A stretch of 64,000 nucleotides of DNA from an uncultured Acidimicrobiia bacterium. GTDB lineage: Bacteria > Actinomycetota > Acidimicrobiia > IMCC26256 > JAENVU01. Every line of letters starts with the position of its first letter. The stretch's first letter is position 1. A program made the position numbers and the translations under genes. Below, piece by piece: positions 1 through 9,781 of the stretch. The stretch is from NCBI GenBank assembly GCA_963820025.1, contig CAWFYL010000007.1, positions 798,693 to 862,692 on the forward strand, given 5' to 3'. The notes beneath the pieces are model-generated. The model was given only the letters and a program-made list of their open reading frames with translations, made no database searches and was not told the DNA's origin.

Positions 1-2
1 CC

Positions 3-155
3 TACGAGACGTGCACGGCGTACCGGGCGGCCGGGGACTCGTGCGACTACGTCAGCGAGCCGGGCGAGGGGCACACCACCGATCTCATGCCCGGAGGCCG
101 CTGGTGGGCTGATCCGCTCGGGCCCTTCGTCTACGAGCACCTGCACCTCGCCTGA
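3..155 (+). CDS. 3' end of a gene that starts upstream of the window; product not recognised
   Basis: Open frame from the window edge reads ...YETCTAYRAAGDSCDYVSEPGEGHTTDLMPGGRWWADPLGPFVYEHLHLA, then TGA at 153-155. GC-rich third positions. Absent from the ORF track because it has no start codon. Confidence 0.4.
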   Translation, partial: YETCTAYRAAGDSCDYVSEPGEGHTTDLMPGGRWWADPLGPFVYEHLHLA

Positions 156-188
156 CGGCGCGCCCGGGGGACGGCGGACCGAGCGCGC

Positions 189-2724
189 CTACTGCCCCGA
201 CGGGTTGAGCTCGAGGACCTGCTGGAACGTCGGCCGGTTCACCGCACGCATCGTGTCGGAGATGAGCCCGGGCACGAAGCCGGTGCGCTGCGACGCGGTC
301 CGCCAGGCCGCCGGGTCCTGGCCCTGGGTCGACGCCAGGCCGGCCGCGACCCGGTCGACGGCGGCCCAGAGGGACGCGCGGCAGGCGTCGAGCGAACCCC
401 TGCCGCAGTAGCGCAGGTTGAAGCGACCGTTGACCCGGTCGTGCAGCAGCGTGCGCAGGTCCTTGTCGACGTAGGACTCGCCGGACAGGCCGCCGAGGCC
501 GCGAATCCCGTCGAGCGCGCCGGTCTGGTCACCGAACACCGGTTGCATGACCGCGGTGGCGATCGGTGACCAGAGAGCGTTCATGATCGCGGGGCCGGCG
601 TCGTCGTCCTTGCCGTCGTTGTCCGCGTCGAGCACCGGTGCGTCGCGCCTCACCCAGTCGTCGAGCACGCTCACGACCCGTGCGTCGAGCGCGTCGGGGG
701 CCGGACCGGAGTGGAGCACCCGGCTCACGACCGGCCACACCGGCGATCTCACGTCCTCGGTGGCGGCGCGGTTCATGACACTCACGTCGTTCGCGAGGGT
801 GACCCGGCCCGGGAACTTGTCGAAGAGCTCGACGCGGTGCACCGATCCGAACGGGGTGTCGTCACCGTGCATGAAGCCGGGCGCCGACTGGTTGTTCCAG
901 TTGAGCAGCAGTCCATTCGGGCCGGCTTCGCTGTGCGGGTGCTGGCCTTCGGAGAGGAAGCCGCGCCACTCGTACCGACCCGTCCCGAGCGTGGGCAGCC
1001 GCCGGTCGAGGCCTCGCGCCCGCACCGGCAGGAGGCCGGACGAGAAGTACGCCGTGTGCCGGCGCGAGGCGTAGCCCCAGTTGAACGTGAAGCCGAACTG
1101 GTTGGCGGCAGCCCAGAACCGCGCAGGAGTGGTCGCCCGGTCCTCCGTCATGTCCTTCAGGGCGGCGAGGTTCAGCCCGTCACGCCCGAACGTGGAACGC
1201 TGACGCGTCAGCGCTACGGGACGGCCGTTCGAGGTCGCGGTGCCGATCACCGGACCGTGCACCGAACGCGGGTAGACGATCGGTGTGCCGTTGAGCGTGC
1301 CCGCGTCGAAGCGCTCGAACGGGCGGCACACGCCCCGGAAGAGGTAGTGGTCGGAGCCTCGGGTCGGCGGCGTGCCGTCCGGGTTGCAGAGCTGCTCGAC
1401 GAACACGTCGCGGACGTCCTGGTCCGCGGACGTCAGGCTCCACGCGTAGTCCGGGGTGCGGCCGATCAGGAGGTACATCATCGCCCCCGGGACGCCGATG
1501 CCCTGGGCTTCGATGCCGGGACCGCTGAGGTGGATCTGCTCGACGATCTCCGGGTAGTAGTAGCCGAGCTGGGGTCCCATCACCGCCAGGGTCTTCGCGT
1601 CGGCGGAGCGGGTCGGGTCCACGATGAGGAAGTTCGAGGCCTGCTTCGCGGGCACCGGACCCGCGGCCGCATAGGTCGGCTGGTCGTCCGTCGATCCGGC
1701 GGTCGCCATGACCGGGACCGCAGCCGCGAGCGTCGCCGGGGCGCCGGCGGGTGCGCTCGACGCCGCGGCGCGCTGGCGCGGGTCCAGCGAGACGATGGAT
1801 CCCTCGTCGATCCGGGCCGAACCGGTGACCGGACCCCCGGTGGAGACGCCGTAGTCGAACCGGCGGTTGATCGTGGTCGGTGCCTCGGGATCGCCGAACA
1901 GCATCGCGTCGTCCCAGGCCTTGCGGCCCTGGCTGGCGCCGAGGTGGTTCTGCAACCGCGAGAGGAACTCCGCGTTCGAGGCCTCGGCGCCGCCGCCGGC
2001 ACCGAAGATCGAGCCGATGAAGGCGGTGACGGCGATCACGTCGTTCACCGTCGCCGGGGGTTGGTCGATGTTGTGGGCGCGGAAGTACGCGGTGATGCCG
2101 TCGGCCTCGGCCTGCATGTCCGCGATCATCTCCCGGCCCTTGGCGCCGTACGTCCGCACGATCAGGTTCGCCTGGTCGGTGATGAGCTGCTCGGTCTGCG
2201 AGCTCGGCACGAACGACTGCCCGCTCGTCACGAGGCCGAACACGTTGATGCCGGGCACGTCGGCGACCGCAGCGCGGGCCGGGCCGCGTCCGAGCTGGAG
2301 GAGCAGCCCGCGGTCGCGCGCGGTCACCCATCCGGCGCCGAACGCGAGGTCGGCGCGCGTCGTGCCTGAGACGTGCGGGACGCCGTACTGGTCGTAGAGG
2401 ATCTTCGTGCCCGGCCGGCCGGTCGGCTCCTCGTGCGCGGTGCCGATGGGCTTGAAGTCCTCGGGAAGGTAGTCCGAGTCGATGTCGGCGTCGCTGACGC
2501 TGCCGCGCAGTGGCGTGAGCGCGTCGTACAGGGGGAGCTGGTCGCGCGACTGCGCGGTGGCCGGGATACCCCCGTAGTTCCCCGGCGGGAGGATGTACCG
2601 GGACCGGTCGGGTACGGGCGGAGGGCGCGCTGCCGTGGGCGCCCGCGGGCACGGCGAACAGCGTGGCGATGATCGTCCCGCTCGTGGCGACGATCGCGAC
2701 CACACGGCGAAGGCTGACGTCCAT
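189..2724 (-). CDS. penicillin/cephalosporin acylase family protein (Ntn-hydrolase, peptidase S45), secreted; the 5' signal-peptide segment is out of frame
   Basis: The body lies in ORF 189..3182 (KQASNFLIVDP nucleophile context, GPQLGYYYPEI, LLLNWNNQSAPGF). RBS GGGGGGAAG plus ATG at 2724 encodes the signal peptide MDVSLRRVVAIVATSGTIIATLFAVPAGA, but in the frame of ORF 1180..2748. Length 2536 = 3n+1, so one extra base lies somewhere around 2600-2650. Confidence 0.85.
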
Positions 2725-2853
2725 GGCTTCCCCCCAAGACCGAACCACCCGTTGCCGAGCGAATCGTACCCAATCGACGCGGATTCGAACGGGGTCCCGC
2801 TCGGGCCAGGGACGGAGGTTCGGGCGCCGCCCGACCCTCTACGCTCGATCGCT

Positions 2854-3894
2854 GTGACGCCGTCCGAACCCCGGAACGACGCCTCCGGAGATCCTGAGGT
2901 CCCACCGCGCGCGCCCGCGCGCCCGAAGACGTCCCGCCGGGCCTTCGCGTGGATCGCCACGGTCGTCACGGTGGTGCTGCTCTGCCTGTTCCTCTGGGAC
3001 CAGCGCGACGAGCTGTCCCGCGCGTTCGAGACGTCGTGGGAGAACCTCGCCCTGCTCCTCCTGCTGAGCGGGGTCGGGCAGGTCGCGAACGCCACCGAGT
3101 TCTGGATGCTGTACCGCGCCGGCGGCTCCAAGATCGGATGGATGGACAACTTCTCGTCGTTCAACGCCTCGCAGCTCGGCAACTTCGCGCCCCTCCAGGC
3201 CGGCAGCGTCTACCGGATCCACTTCATCAAGCAGACCTACGGGGTCTCGTACCCGCGCAGCCTGACGACGTACGCGCAGAACGTCGTCATCACGATTGGC
3301 GCCGGCGGCTTCTGCGGCGTCATCGGGGTGGGCGCGACCGCACTCACGAGCGGCCACTCGTTCTCGTGGATCATGTTCGCCGTCACCGGCGGGATGCTCG
3401 TGGGTGCGGTGGTCTTCGCGTTCGTGCCGCTGCCGCACGGTCACTGGCTCCCCGGCAAGCTGAAGCACTGGTGGCGGGACTTCCACACCGGTTGGGAGCT
3501 GGTCCGGAAGCGCCCGCGCAGCGCGCTCGAGGTGCTCGCGCTCGAGTCGGCGCGGATGGTCCTCTCGGCTGCGCGTCTCGCGGTCGCCTTCAGGGTCCTC
3601 GGTGTCCACGAGCCGTTCGTGCTCTACCTCGTCCTCGCCCCGGTCGCCTCGGTGTCGACCATCCTGGCGTTCACGCCGGGCGCGATCGGGATCCGGGAAG
3701 CGGCGATCGCAGGCGCCGCGCTCGCGCTCGGATTCAAGCTCCCGACCGGCCTGCTCGGTGCGTCGGTGGATCGCGGCGCCATGATCGTGGTCACCGTCGC
3801 GATGGGCGCGGTCGGGTACGCGCACACCACGTACCGGCTCCGTCAGGTCGCGCGCCGAGCGACGGGCGGCGAGGTCGCGGCACCCGTGACGTGA
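2854..3894 (+). CDS. flippase-like / lysylphosphatidylglycerol-synthase-TM-region family membrane protein (UPF0104-like)
   Basis: C-terminal part of ORF 2593..3894. Multiple TM helices; the TPGAIGIREAAI motif is typical of this family. The only in-frame start clear of the acylase start is GTG 2854, so the start is uncertain. Confidence 0.7.
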   Translation: MTPSEPRNDASGDPEVPPRAPARPKTSRRAFAWIATVVTVVLLCLFLWDQRDELSRAFETSWENLALLLLLSGVGQVANATEFWMLYRAGGSKIGWMDNFSSFNASQLGNFAPLQAGSVYRIHFIKQTYGVSYPRSLTTYAQNVVITIGAGGFCGVIGVGATALTSGHSFSWIMFAVTGGMLVGAVVFAFVPLPHGHWLPGKLKHWWRDFHTGWELVRKRPRSALEVLALESARMVLSAARLAVAFRVLGVHEPFVLYLVLAPVASVSTILAFTPGAIGIREAAIAGAALALGFKLPTGLLGASVDRGAMIVVTVAMGAVGYAHTTYRLRQVARRATGGEVAAPVT

Positions 3895-5652
3895 CTACGC
3901 GGGTGGCCGGGTGATCGGTCGGGCCGACAGCACGATCGCGGCACGGTCGGCGAGGGCGGCGTAGCGGGCGGCGAGCCCACGCAGCTCGGGATGCTCGGCG
4001 AGGCGGTCGAGCAGCTCGGCCCGGGAGCTCGTCACGCCGCCGCGCGCGTCGAGCTCCTGCTTGAGCCGGTCACGGCGCGCCCGCTCCGCGGCGTCCAGCG
4101 GGTCGATCGTGGTGACCGCGCGCCACCCGTTGCCGGTTGGTCGGTCCGACCTCAGGGACAGGCGCAGCTCGAGCACGGCGCGGTCGGGGTGGGCCCGGAA
4201 CTCGCCGTAGCGGTTGAAGAGGTCGGGCTCGACCACGACCGGGACGCCGGCTTGCACGAGCGTGTCGGCGAGCAGCTCGGGCCCCAGGCTGCCGCGCGGG
4301 CCACCCGGACCCGAGCGGTCCGACTGCACGAGCACCGGACCGTGCACCAGTTGGGCCACCGGGACCGCGCGCTCGGCCACCCGGGCCAGGAGGCGATCCT
4401 GAGCCGGGGGCTGCTCGGGGCCGTGCACCGCCTGGACGACGTTGGCGCATCCGAAGCCGAGGATCGCGAGCGCCAACAGCGGTCCGGCGACGCGGGTGAC
4501 GACCCGCGCCGCCCGACCCCGCAGGCACGAGGAGGCGCACCAGCCGGTCGCGAGCGCGGCGCCGAATCCGCACACCCAGGTCGGTTGCATGATCTCGACG
4601 AAGACGGAGCCGATCAACCGCGAGAGCGAGATGATCTCGGCCGCGATCGCGACGAGCACGATCGAGGCCAGCGCGACCGAACGGTCGCGGCGCCACGCGG
4701 CCACGATCGTGGCGATCAGGAGGAGCACGAGCAGGATCGGGACCGCCGGCGCACTGCTCGTCGAGACGATCGGCTCGAACTGGCGCAGGGGGAGCGGTGC
4801 GCCAGCCCAGGGTGCCCGCGTGCCGAGCTGCAGGGTCGTCAGCTTGTACGCCTCGCTGAGACCGAGCACCTCGTGGTCCGCGCGGAAGAAGTCGACCATC
4901 CGGGTGACGTTGCCGGTGCCACGTCGCAGCTGGTCGATGGCGGGCGGGATCCAGAGCACGACGAACGCGCCGAGCGAGACGATCGCGGGCCAGGCCCAGC
5001 GGCGGCCGGGTGCAGGCTCGCCGTCGCCCTCGTCCGGGGCACGGAACCACCCGAACCCGAACGCGACCAGCGCCCAGACCAGCAGCGCGACCGTGACGGG
5101 AGCCGTGGTCGCCCAGGCCTGCACCAGGACGACGGTGAGCACGACGAGGACGGGGATCGCCCAGGCCCGGCCCATGGCGACGTCGAGCGCCACGAACACG
5201 AGCAGGATGAGCGCGAGCACGCTCATGTCCGGCTCCCAGAAGCTCGCCAGCATCGCCGGGGTCATCGCGTGCATGACGACCGCGAGCAGGGCCGCGCTCC
5301 AGAGGTACAGCGTGAACCCGCCGCGCCGGAACGCGACGAGGAGCACGCCGAGGATGGCCAGCCCGTTGAAGAGGAGGGCGCCGATCTGGAGTCCGGCGTA
5401 GCGCGAGCCGAACACCCGGTACGGGATCGCGAGAAGGTAGAGGTACGCGGGTCCGGGTTGGTTCCAGCCGAACCGCTGGTAGGAGCCGACGAGCGGCGTG
5501 TGGCGGCCGAACACGTCGCTCACGCGCAGCTCGAGCAGCGCCAGGTCCCCGCCGAACCGCTGTGGGTACGCGAGCACGTGCACCGCGAGCACCGCGAGGG
5601 GCAGGAGCAGGGCCGCGGCCACCGCGACGACGAGCCATCGCGTGCGCCCCAT
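3895..5652 (-). CDS. large polytopic integral membrane protein, function unknown (possibly glycosyltransferase-like)
   Basis: Intact 585-aa ORF with about 12 hydrophobic segments followed by a ~150-aa soluble C-terminal domain. Codon usage matches neighbouring genes. No motif I can name. Confidence 0.7.
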   Translation of the reverse strand: MGRTRWLVVAVAAALLLPLAVLAVHVLAYPQRFGGDLALLELRVSDVFGRHTPLVGSYQRFGWNQPGPAYLYLLAIPYRVFGSRYAGLQIGALLFNGLAILGVLLVAFRRGGFTLYLWSAALLAVVMHAMTPAMLASFWEPDMSVLALILLVFVALDVAMGRAWAIPVLVVLTVVLVQAWATTAPVTVALLVWALVAFGFGWFRAPDEGDGEPAPGRRWAWPAIVSLGAFVVLWIPPAIDQLRRGTGNVTRMVDFFRADHEVLGLSEAYKLTTLQLGTRAPWAGAPLPLRQFEPIVSTSSAPAVPILLVLLLIATIVAAWRRDRSVALASIVLVAIAAEIISLSRLIGSVFVEIMQPTWVCGFGAALATGWCASSCLRGRAARVVTRVAGPLLALAILGFGCANVVQAVHGPEQPPAQDRLLARVAERAVPVAQLVHGPVLVQSDRSGPGGPRGSLGPELLADTLVQAGVPVVVEPDLFNRYGEFRAHPDRAVLELRLSLRSDRPTGNGWRAVTTIDPLDAAERARRDRLKQELDARGGVTSSRAELLDRLAEHPELRGLAARYAALADRAAIVLSARPITRPPA

Positions 5653-5703
5653 CGGCCCGACGGTACCAACCCGGGTCCGGCCTGACGGGGCGGGGCACGA
5701 CCG

Positions 5704-7327
5704 CTAGGCGGGTACCCACTCCTCGGGCTCGGGTGACTCGGCGAGCGCGGGCTCGGTCTCCTGCGGCGCACCGAAGGGTCCGGTCTCGTCCTCCTCGCCG
5801 GAAGGCTGCCCGTGCACGTACTTCCCGCCCCGCATCCACGACGCGGCGGCCGCGATCAGGCACATCACCATCGCGACCGAGAACGCGATGACCAGCCCGT
5901 GCTTGAACGGCCCGGAGATCAGGTGGGGGAAGAACCCCTTGCCGGTGAGGTGCGCGGCCTTCGCCCTGGGGAGCCGGGACAGGACGCTCGGGCCACCGTG
6001 CGCGCCCGGCGCGCCGAGCAGCTTCTGCATCGGGTTGTACCCGAGGAAGGCCGCGAAGAGGCTCCCGACTGCGGGGAGGTGGGCGACGTGCTCTGCGGTC
6101 GCCGCGGGCACCGCGTTGGCCTCGACCTGCGTGGCCATGCGGCCGGGGAGCGACGCCGAGAGGCCGACGATCATCAGCGAGAAGAACACCGAACGACAGC
6201 ACCATCCCGGTGTTCTGGAACGTCGCCCGCATGCCCGATGCCGCCCCGCGCTGCTCGGGTGGCGCGCTGTTCATGATGCCGGTCATGTTCGGAGCCGAGA
6301 ACATGCCGGTCCCGATGCCGTTCAGCAGCAGGAGCGCGCCGAACACCGGGAAGCCGAAGTTCGTGGGCAGCGTCATCAGGAGTCCGAACGACGCAGCGGC
6401 GATCAGCATGCCGCCCGTCGTGAACCAACGCGCGCCCCAGCGATCGGACAGCCACCCGCACACCGGTCCGGCGAGCAGGAACCCGCCGGTCAGCGGGAGC
6501 ATGTAGATGCCGGCCCAGAGCGGCGTCCGCTCGAAGCTGTAGCCGTGCAGCGGGAGCCAGATGCCCTGCAACCAGATGATGAGGACGAACTGCAGGCCGC
6601 CCCGACCGACCGCCGCGAGCAGCCCGGCGATGTTCCCGGCCGCGAACGCGCGGATCTTGAACGCCTGGAGGTTGAACATCGGGTCCTCGACCCGGGTCTC
6701 GATCACGCAGAACACGACGAGCAGCGCCGCGCCGCCGACGAGCTCGAGCAGCACCCAGGGGCCGGTCCACCCCATCGAGGCGCCGTGGTGGGGGAGGAGC
6801 CCGTAGGTGAGGCCGATCAGGACGAGCACGAGGCCGGCGATCACGCTGACGCCGATCGCGAACCCGCGCTGGTTCGCCTTGAAGGCGTCCGTGAGGATCG
6901 CCGCCGAGTTCGCCATCAGCAGCGCACCCCCGACGCCCTGCACGACCCGCCACGCGATGAGCCACATCGCGCCCTGCGAGCCGGGACACGGGCACAGGGA
7001 GAGCGCGAGCGACGCAACGCTGAAGACCGCGAACCCCGCGTTGTACATGCGGACGCGGCCGTACATGTCGCCGAGGCGCCCGAACGTGACGACGAGCACC
7101 GCGGTGACCACGAGGTAGCCCATCAGCATCCACAGGAGGTAGCTGATGTTCGAGGGCTGCAGCGGGTCGAGGTGGATGCCGCGGAAGATCGCGGGGAGCG
7201 AGATCAGGACGATCGACGAGTCGAGCGACGCCATGAACACGCCGAGGGTGGTGTTCGACAGCGCGGTCCACTTGTACCGGTCGGAGCCTCCTGCTTCCGG
7301 GGCGGGTGCCGTGGTGGTGGCCGTCAC
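5704..7327 (-). pseudogene. MFS drug:H+ antiporter, DHA2 (EmrB/QacA-like), 14-TM type; one frameshift near 6185-6190
   Basis: The N-terminal ~380 aa are in ORF 4070..7468 (start GTG 7327 after GAGGAGG; LDSSIVLISLPAI, GRLGDMYGR). The C-terminal 160 aa are in ORF 5704..6189. The junction reads ...NTGMVLSF/VFFSLMIVG, consistent with an extra base at the cc run 6189-6190. Length is 3n+1. Confidence 0.85.
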
Positions 7328-7390
7328 CGCTACCTCCTCGCGCGTTCGTGGACGATTCGAGAAAAAACCTGTGCCATACAGATAACTTGT

Positions 7391-7403
7391 GTGTACGATA
7401 CAC
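7391..7403. promoter_or_regulatory. inverted repeat GTGTA-cga-TACAC overlapping a TACGAT -10-like hexamer; candidate MarR operator
   Basis: Lies in the only AT-rich patch of the MFS/marR divergent intergenic region. TACGAT (7394-7399) ends 7 nt before the marR ATG at 7407, which suggests a leaderless transcript. Confidence 0.3.
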
Positions 7404-7406
7404 CTG

Positions 7407-7862
7407 ATGTCGCGCCTCCCGAAATCGCTCTCCCGGCTCGAGACCGAGCTCGCGGTCCTCGCCCGCACGCTCGAGGGCCTGAGCCGCCGGTCCGCGATCC
7501 ACCGCGACCTGGACCGGGCGAGCTACCTCATCGCCCGCACGCTGTCGGCTGAAGGCGCGACCAGCATCAGCGGGCTCGCGGCCGCCCTGGGCCTCGACGC
7601 GACCACGGTCACCCGCCAGGTCGCGACGATGGAGGCGGCCGGACTGGTGGTCCGGCGCAAGGACCCCGACGACGGGCGGGTGTCGCTGATCGACGTCACC
7701 GCGCGGGGCGAACGGAGGATGGAGGAGGTGCAGGCCGCCCGCGAGCGCCGCATCGGCGATCTCCTCTCGGGTTGGCCGGCCGAGGACCAGCGGCAGTTCG
7801 CGGAGCTGCTCGGTCGGTTCAACGACGCCCTGCTCGGGCGGGAAGCGGTCGAGGCGTCCTAG
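7407..7862 (+). CDS. MarR family transcriptional regulator
   Basis: Winged-HTH MarR pattern (ISGLAAALGLDATTVTRQVATMEAAGLVVRRKDPDDGRVSLIDVTARG). Divergent from the MFS efflux gene. ATG 7407 is preferred over the track start at 7389. Confidence 0.9.
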   Translation: MSRLPKSLSRLETELAVLARTLEGLSRRSAIHRDLDRASYLIARTLSAEGATSISGLAAALGLDATTVTRQVATMEAAGLVVRRKDPDDGRVSLIDVTARGERRMEEVQAARERRIGDLLSGWPAEDQRQFAELLGRFNDALLGREAVEAS

Positions 7863-7895
7863 TGCCCCGACCGGCAACGCTCGCCGCACGGAGCA

Positions 7896-8393
7896 CTAGC
7901 TCGGACGGCTCACCGCGGTGGTGACGGCATCGGTGACCGCGTCGAGGGCTGCAGTGCTGTCGACCACCGTGACGTCGGGTCCGAGCTCGAGGCTGTCGAG
8001 CTGGGACGGCAGCAGCTCCGGGCCGGCGAAGTGGTCCGTGCGGGCCGCCAGTCGCGCCGCGAGCACGGCCGGCGGCGCGACGAGCGCGATGAACCGGACG
8101 TCGTCGCGGCCGCCCGCGAGCCGCTTCCGGTAGCCGGTCTTGAGCGCCGAGCAGGCGAGGACGATCCCCGAGTCTGCGTGCTCCACGAGGATGGTGTGCA
8201 GGCGGTCGAGCCACGGCCCGCGCTCGGCGTCCTCGAGGGCGACCCCGCGGGCCATGCGCGACTTCGCCGACTCGGTGTGCACGTCGTCGCCGTCCACGAA
8301 CGGGACGCCGAGGCGCGCGGCGACCCGCGGCCCGACGGTGGACTTCCCACATCCGGCGACCCCCATGAGCACGACGAGCGGAAGGTCGGCCAT
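7896..8393 (-). CDS. gntK: gluconokinase (GntK/IdnK family)
   Basis: 165 aa. P-loop GVAGCGKSTVG, then PFVDGDDVH and ACSALK motifs typical of gluconate kinase. Confidence 0.85.
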   Translation of the reverse strand: MADLPLVVLMGVAGCGKSTVGPRVAARLGVPFVDGDDVHTESAKSRMARGVALEDAERGPWLDRLHTILVEHADSGIVLACSALKTGYRKRLAGGRDDVRFIALVAPPAVLAARLAARTDHFAGPELLPSQLDSLELGPDVTVVDSTAALDAVTDAVTTAVSRPS

Positions 8394-8408
8394 GGGGAAT
8401 CGGTGGGC

Positions 8409-9260
8409 TCAGCCCGCGGGCCAGGTGGTGCTCGTCGTCACCGGCTCGAGGGTGGGGGTCAGCTGCGTGACGGTGGCGAAGCCGGCTCGGAACGCATCGA
8501 CATCGCCGGTGAAGGTGGTCGCGGTGGACGTGCAGTCGGTGGTGCCCTCGATCGCCGCGGTGATCGTCGACTGCGGGCTGAGCGGCTCCTGCTTGACCCC
8601 ACGCAGCTTCCCGGTCGAGCACGTCGGCACGTTCAGGTTCACGACGCCCACGGTCGCGCCGTGGTCGAGCAGTTGGGCGCGGTGGGCCTTGACCCAGTCC
8701 ACGACGAGGGCTGCGCCGCCCGAGTAGTCGAGCGGGCTGACGCCCCCGGCGCTCGCCGCCAGCGCCGGGATCCCGGCTGCCGCACCGGCCTTCGCCGCGC
8801 CGACCGTGCCCGAGAGCGACGTCACCGGACCGAGGTTCGCGCCCTCGTTCATACCGGTGAGCACGACGTCGGGCTTCTGCTGCACGACGTGCTCGAGCGC
8901 GTAGTTCACCGCGTCGGCGGGATAGCCCTTCACCGCGGTCGCGGGGTAGCCGCTCCTGGTCGTCACCTGGGTCGCGGTGAGGCCGCCCGGGGTGGTCGCA
9001 CTCCCGGTCCCGCTCTTGTTGTCGGCGGGGGCCGAGACCGTGATCTTCACGTTCGGGAGCTTGCGCAGGGCCTGGACCAGCGCGTCGATGCCGTCGGCCG
9101 AGTACCCGTCGTCGTTGGAGACGAGGATGTTCAGATCCCGGGCGGCGGCCTGCGCCGTCGTCGTCGAGGTCTTCGCGCCCGAGTCCTCGGAGTCGCTGCT
9201 GCACCCTGCGACCACCAGCGCGAGCGCCGCGCCTGCCACCACGATCGAACGGGTCCGCAC
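8409..9260 (-). CDS. surE: SurE-family 5'/3'-nucleotidase with lipoprotein signal peptide
   Basis: ILVSNDDGYSADGI and GMNEGANLG are SurE motifs. The N-terminus MRTRSIVVAGAALALVVAGCSS carries a lipobox. Confidence 0.8.
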   Translation of the reverse strand: MRTRSIVVAGAALALVVAGCSSDSEDSGAKTSTTTAQAAARDLNILVSNDDGYSADGIDALVQALRKLPNVKITVSAPADNKSGTGSATTPGGLTATQVTTRSGYPATAVKGYPADAVNYALEHVVQQKPDVVLTGMNEGANLGPVTSLSGTVGAAKAGAAAGIPALAASAGGVSPLDYSGGAALVVDWVKAHRAQLLDHGATVGVVNLNVPTCSTGKLRGVKQEPLSPQSTITAAIEGTTDCTSTATTFTGDVDAFRAGFATVTQLTPTLEPVTTSTTWPAG

Positions 9261-9323
9261 GATTCCTCCCTGGTCGACGACCTCGGGAGGTTACGCCTCG
9301 CGCCGGGTGCTAGAACGCCGTCC

Positions 9324-9781
9324 ATGACCACGTCCTTCGCATCGGTCCAGGAGCTGCTCGGCGGCGGCGGGGCGCGAGCTCGGCACGACGGACTGGCTCG
9401 TGATCGGCCAGGACCGGATCGACCAGTTCGCGGACGCCACCGAGGACCACCAGTGGATCCACGTCGACGTCGAGCGGGCGAAGGCGGGACCGTTCGGCGG
9501 CACGATCGCGCACGGCTACCTCACGCTCTCGCTGTGTGCCTTCTTCCTCGGGCAGCTCGCGAGCGTCTCGGGGATCTCGATGGGCATCAACTACGGCATC
9601 GACAAGGCCCGGTTCATCGCCCCGGTTCCCGCCGGGTCGAGCGTGCGCGGTCGGGGCGAGGTCGTCGTCGGTGACCGAGGTGGCGGGCGGCGTGCAGGCG
9701 GTCGTCCGGATCACCGTCGAGCTCGAGGGGTCGGAGAAGCCCGCCGCGGTCGTCGACACGGTGTCGCGCTACCTCGTCTAG
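9324..9781 (+). pseudogene. MaoC-like (R)-hydratase/dehydratase hotdog protein; two +1 frame changes
   Basis: The gene is readable only across three frames: MTTSFASVQELLGGGG (frame of 8031..9674), then RELGTTDWLVIGQDRIDQFADATEDHQWIHVDVERA... (ORF 9400..), then ...VTEVAGGVQAVVRITVELEGSEKPAAVVDTVSRYLV (ORF 9536..9781). The first shift is at the GGGG run 9369-9372. Confidence 0.8.

Noticed and set aside
157-189. GGCGCGC-N19-GCGCGCC stem between the first partial gene and the acylase gene as a terminator
   Set aside because: A 7-bp GC stem with a 19-nt loop is not distinguishable from background in this composition, so I did not list it as a feature.
4070-7468. Very long ORFs (1132 aa here; also 13086..15056, 37114..40260, 53001..55019, 56426..58099, 28717..31200 and others) as genuine large proteins
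   Set aside because: They are run-through or antisense frames typical of high-GC DNA. Recognisable domains occupy only part of them (MFS, SBP) or the opposite strand (lon, acyl-CoA synthetase). The remainder is Arg/Pro/Gly/Ala-rich low-complexity translation.
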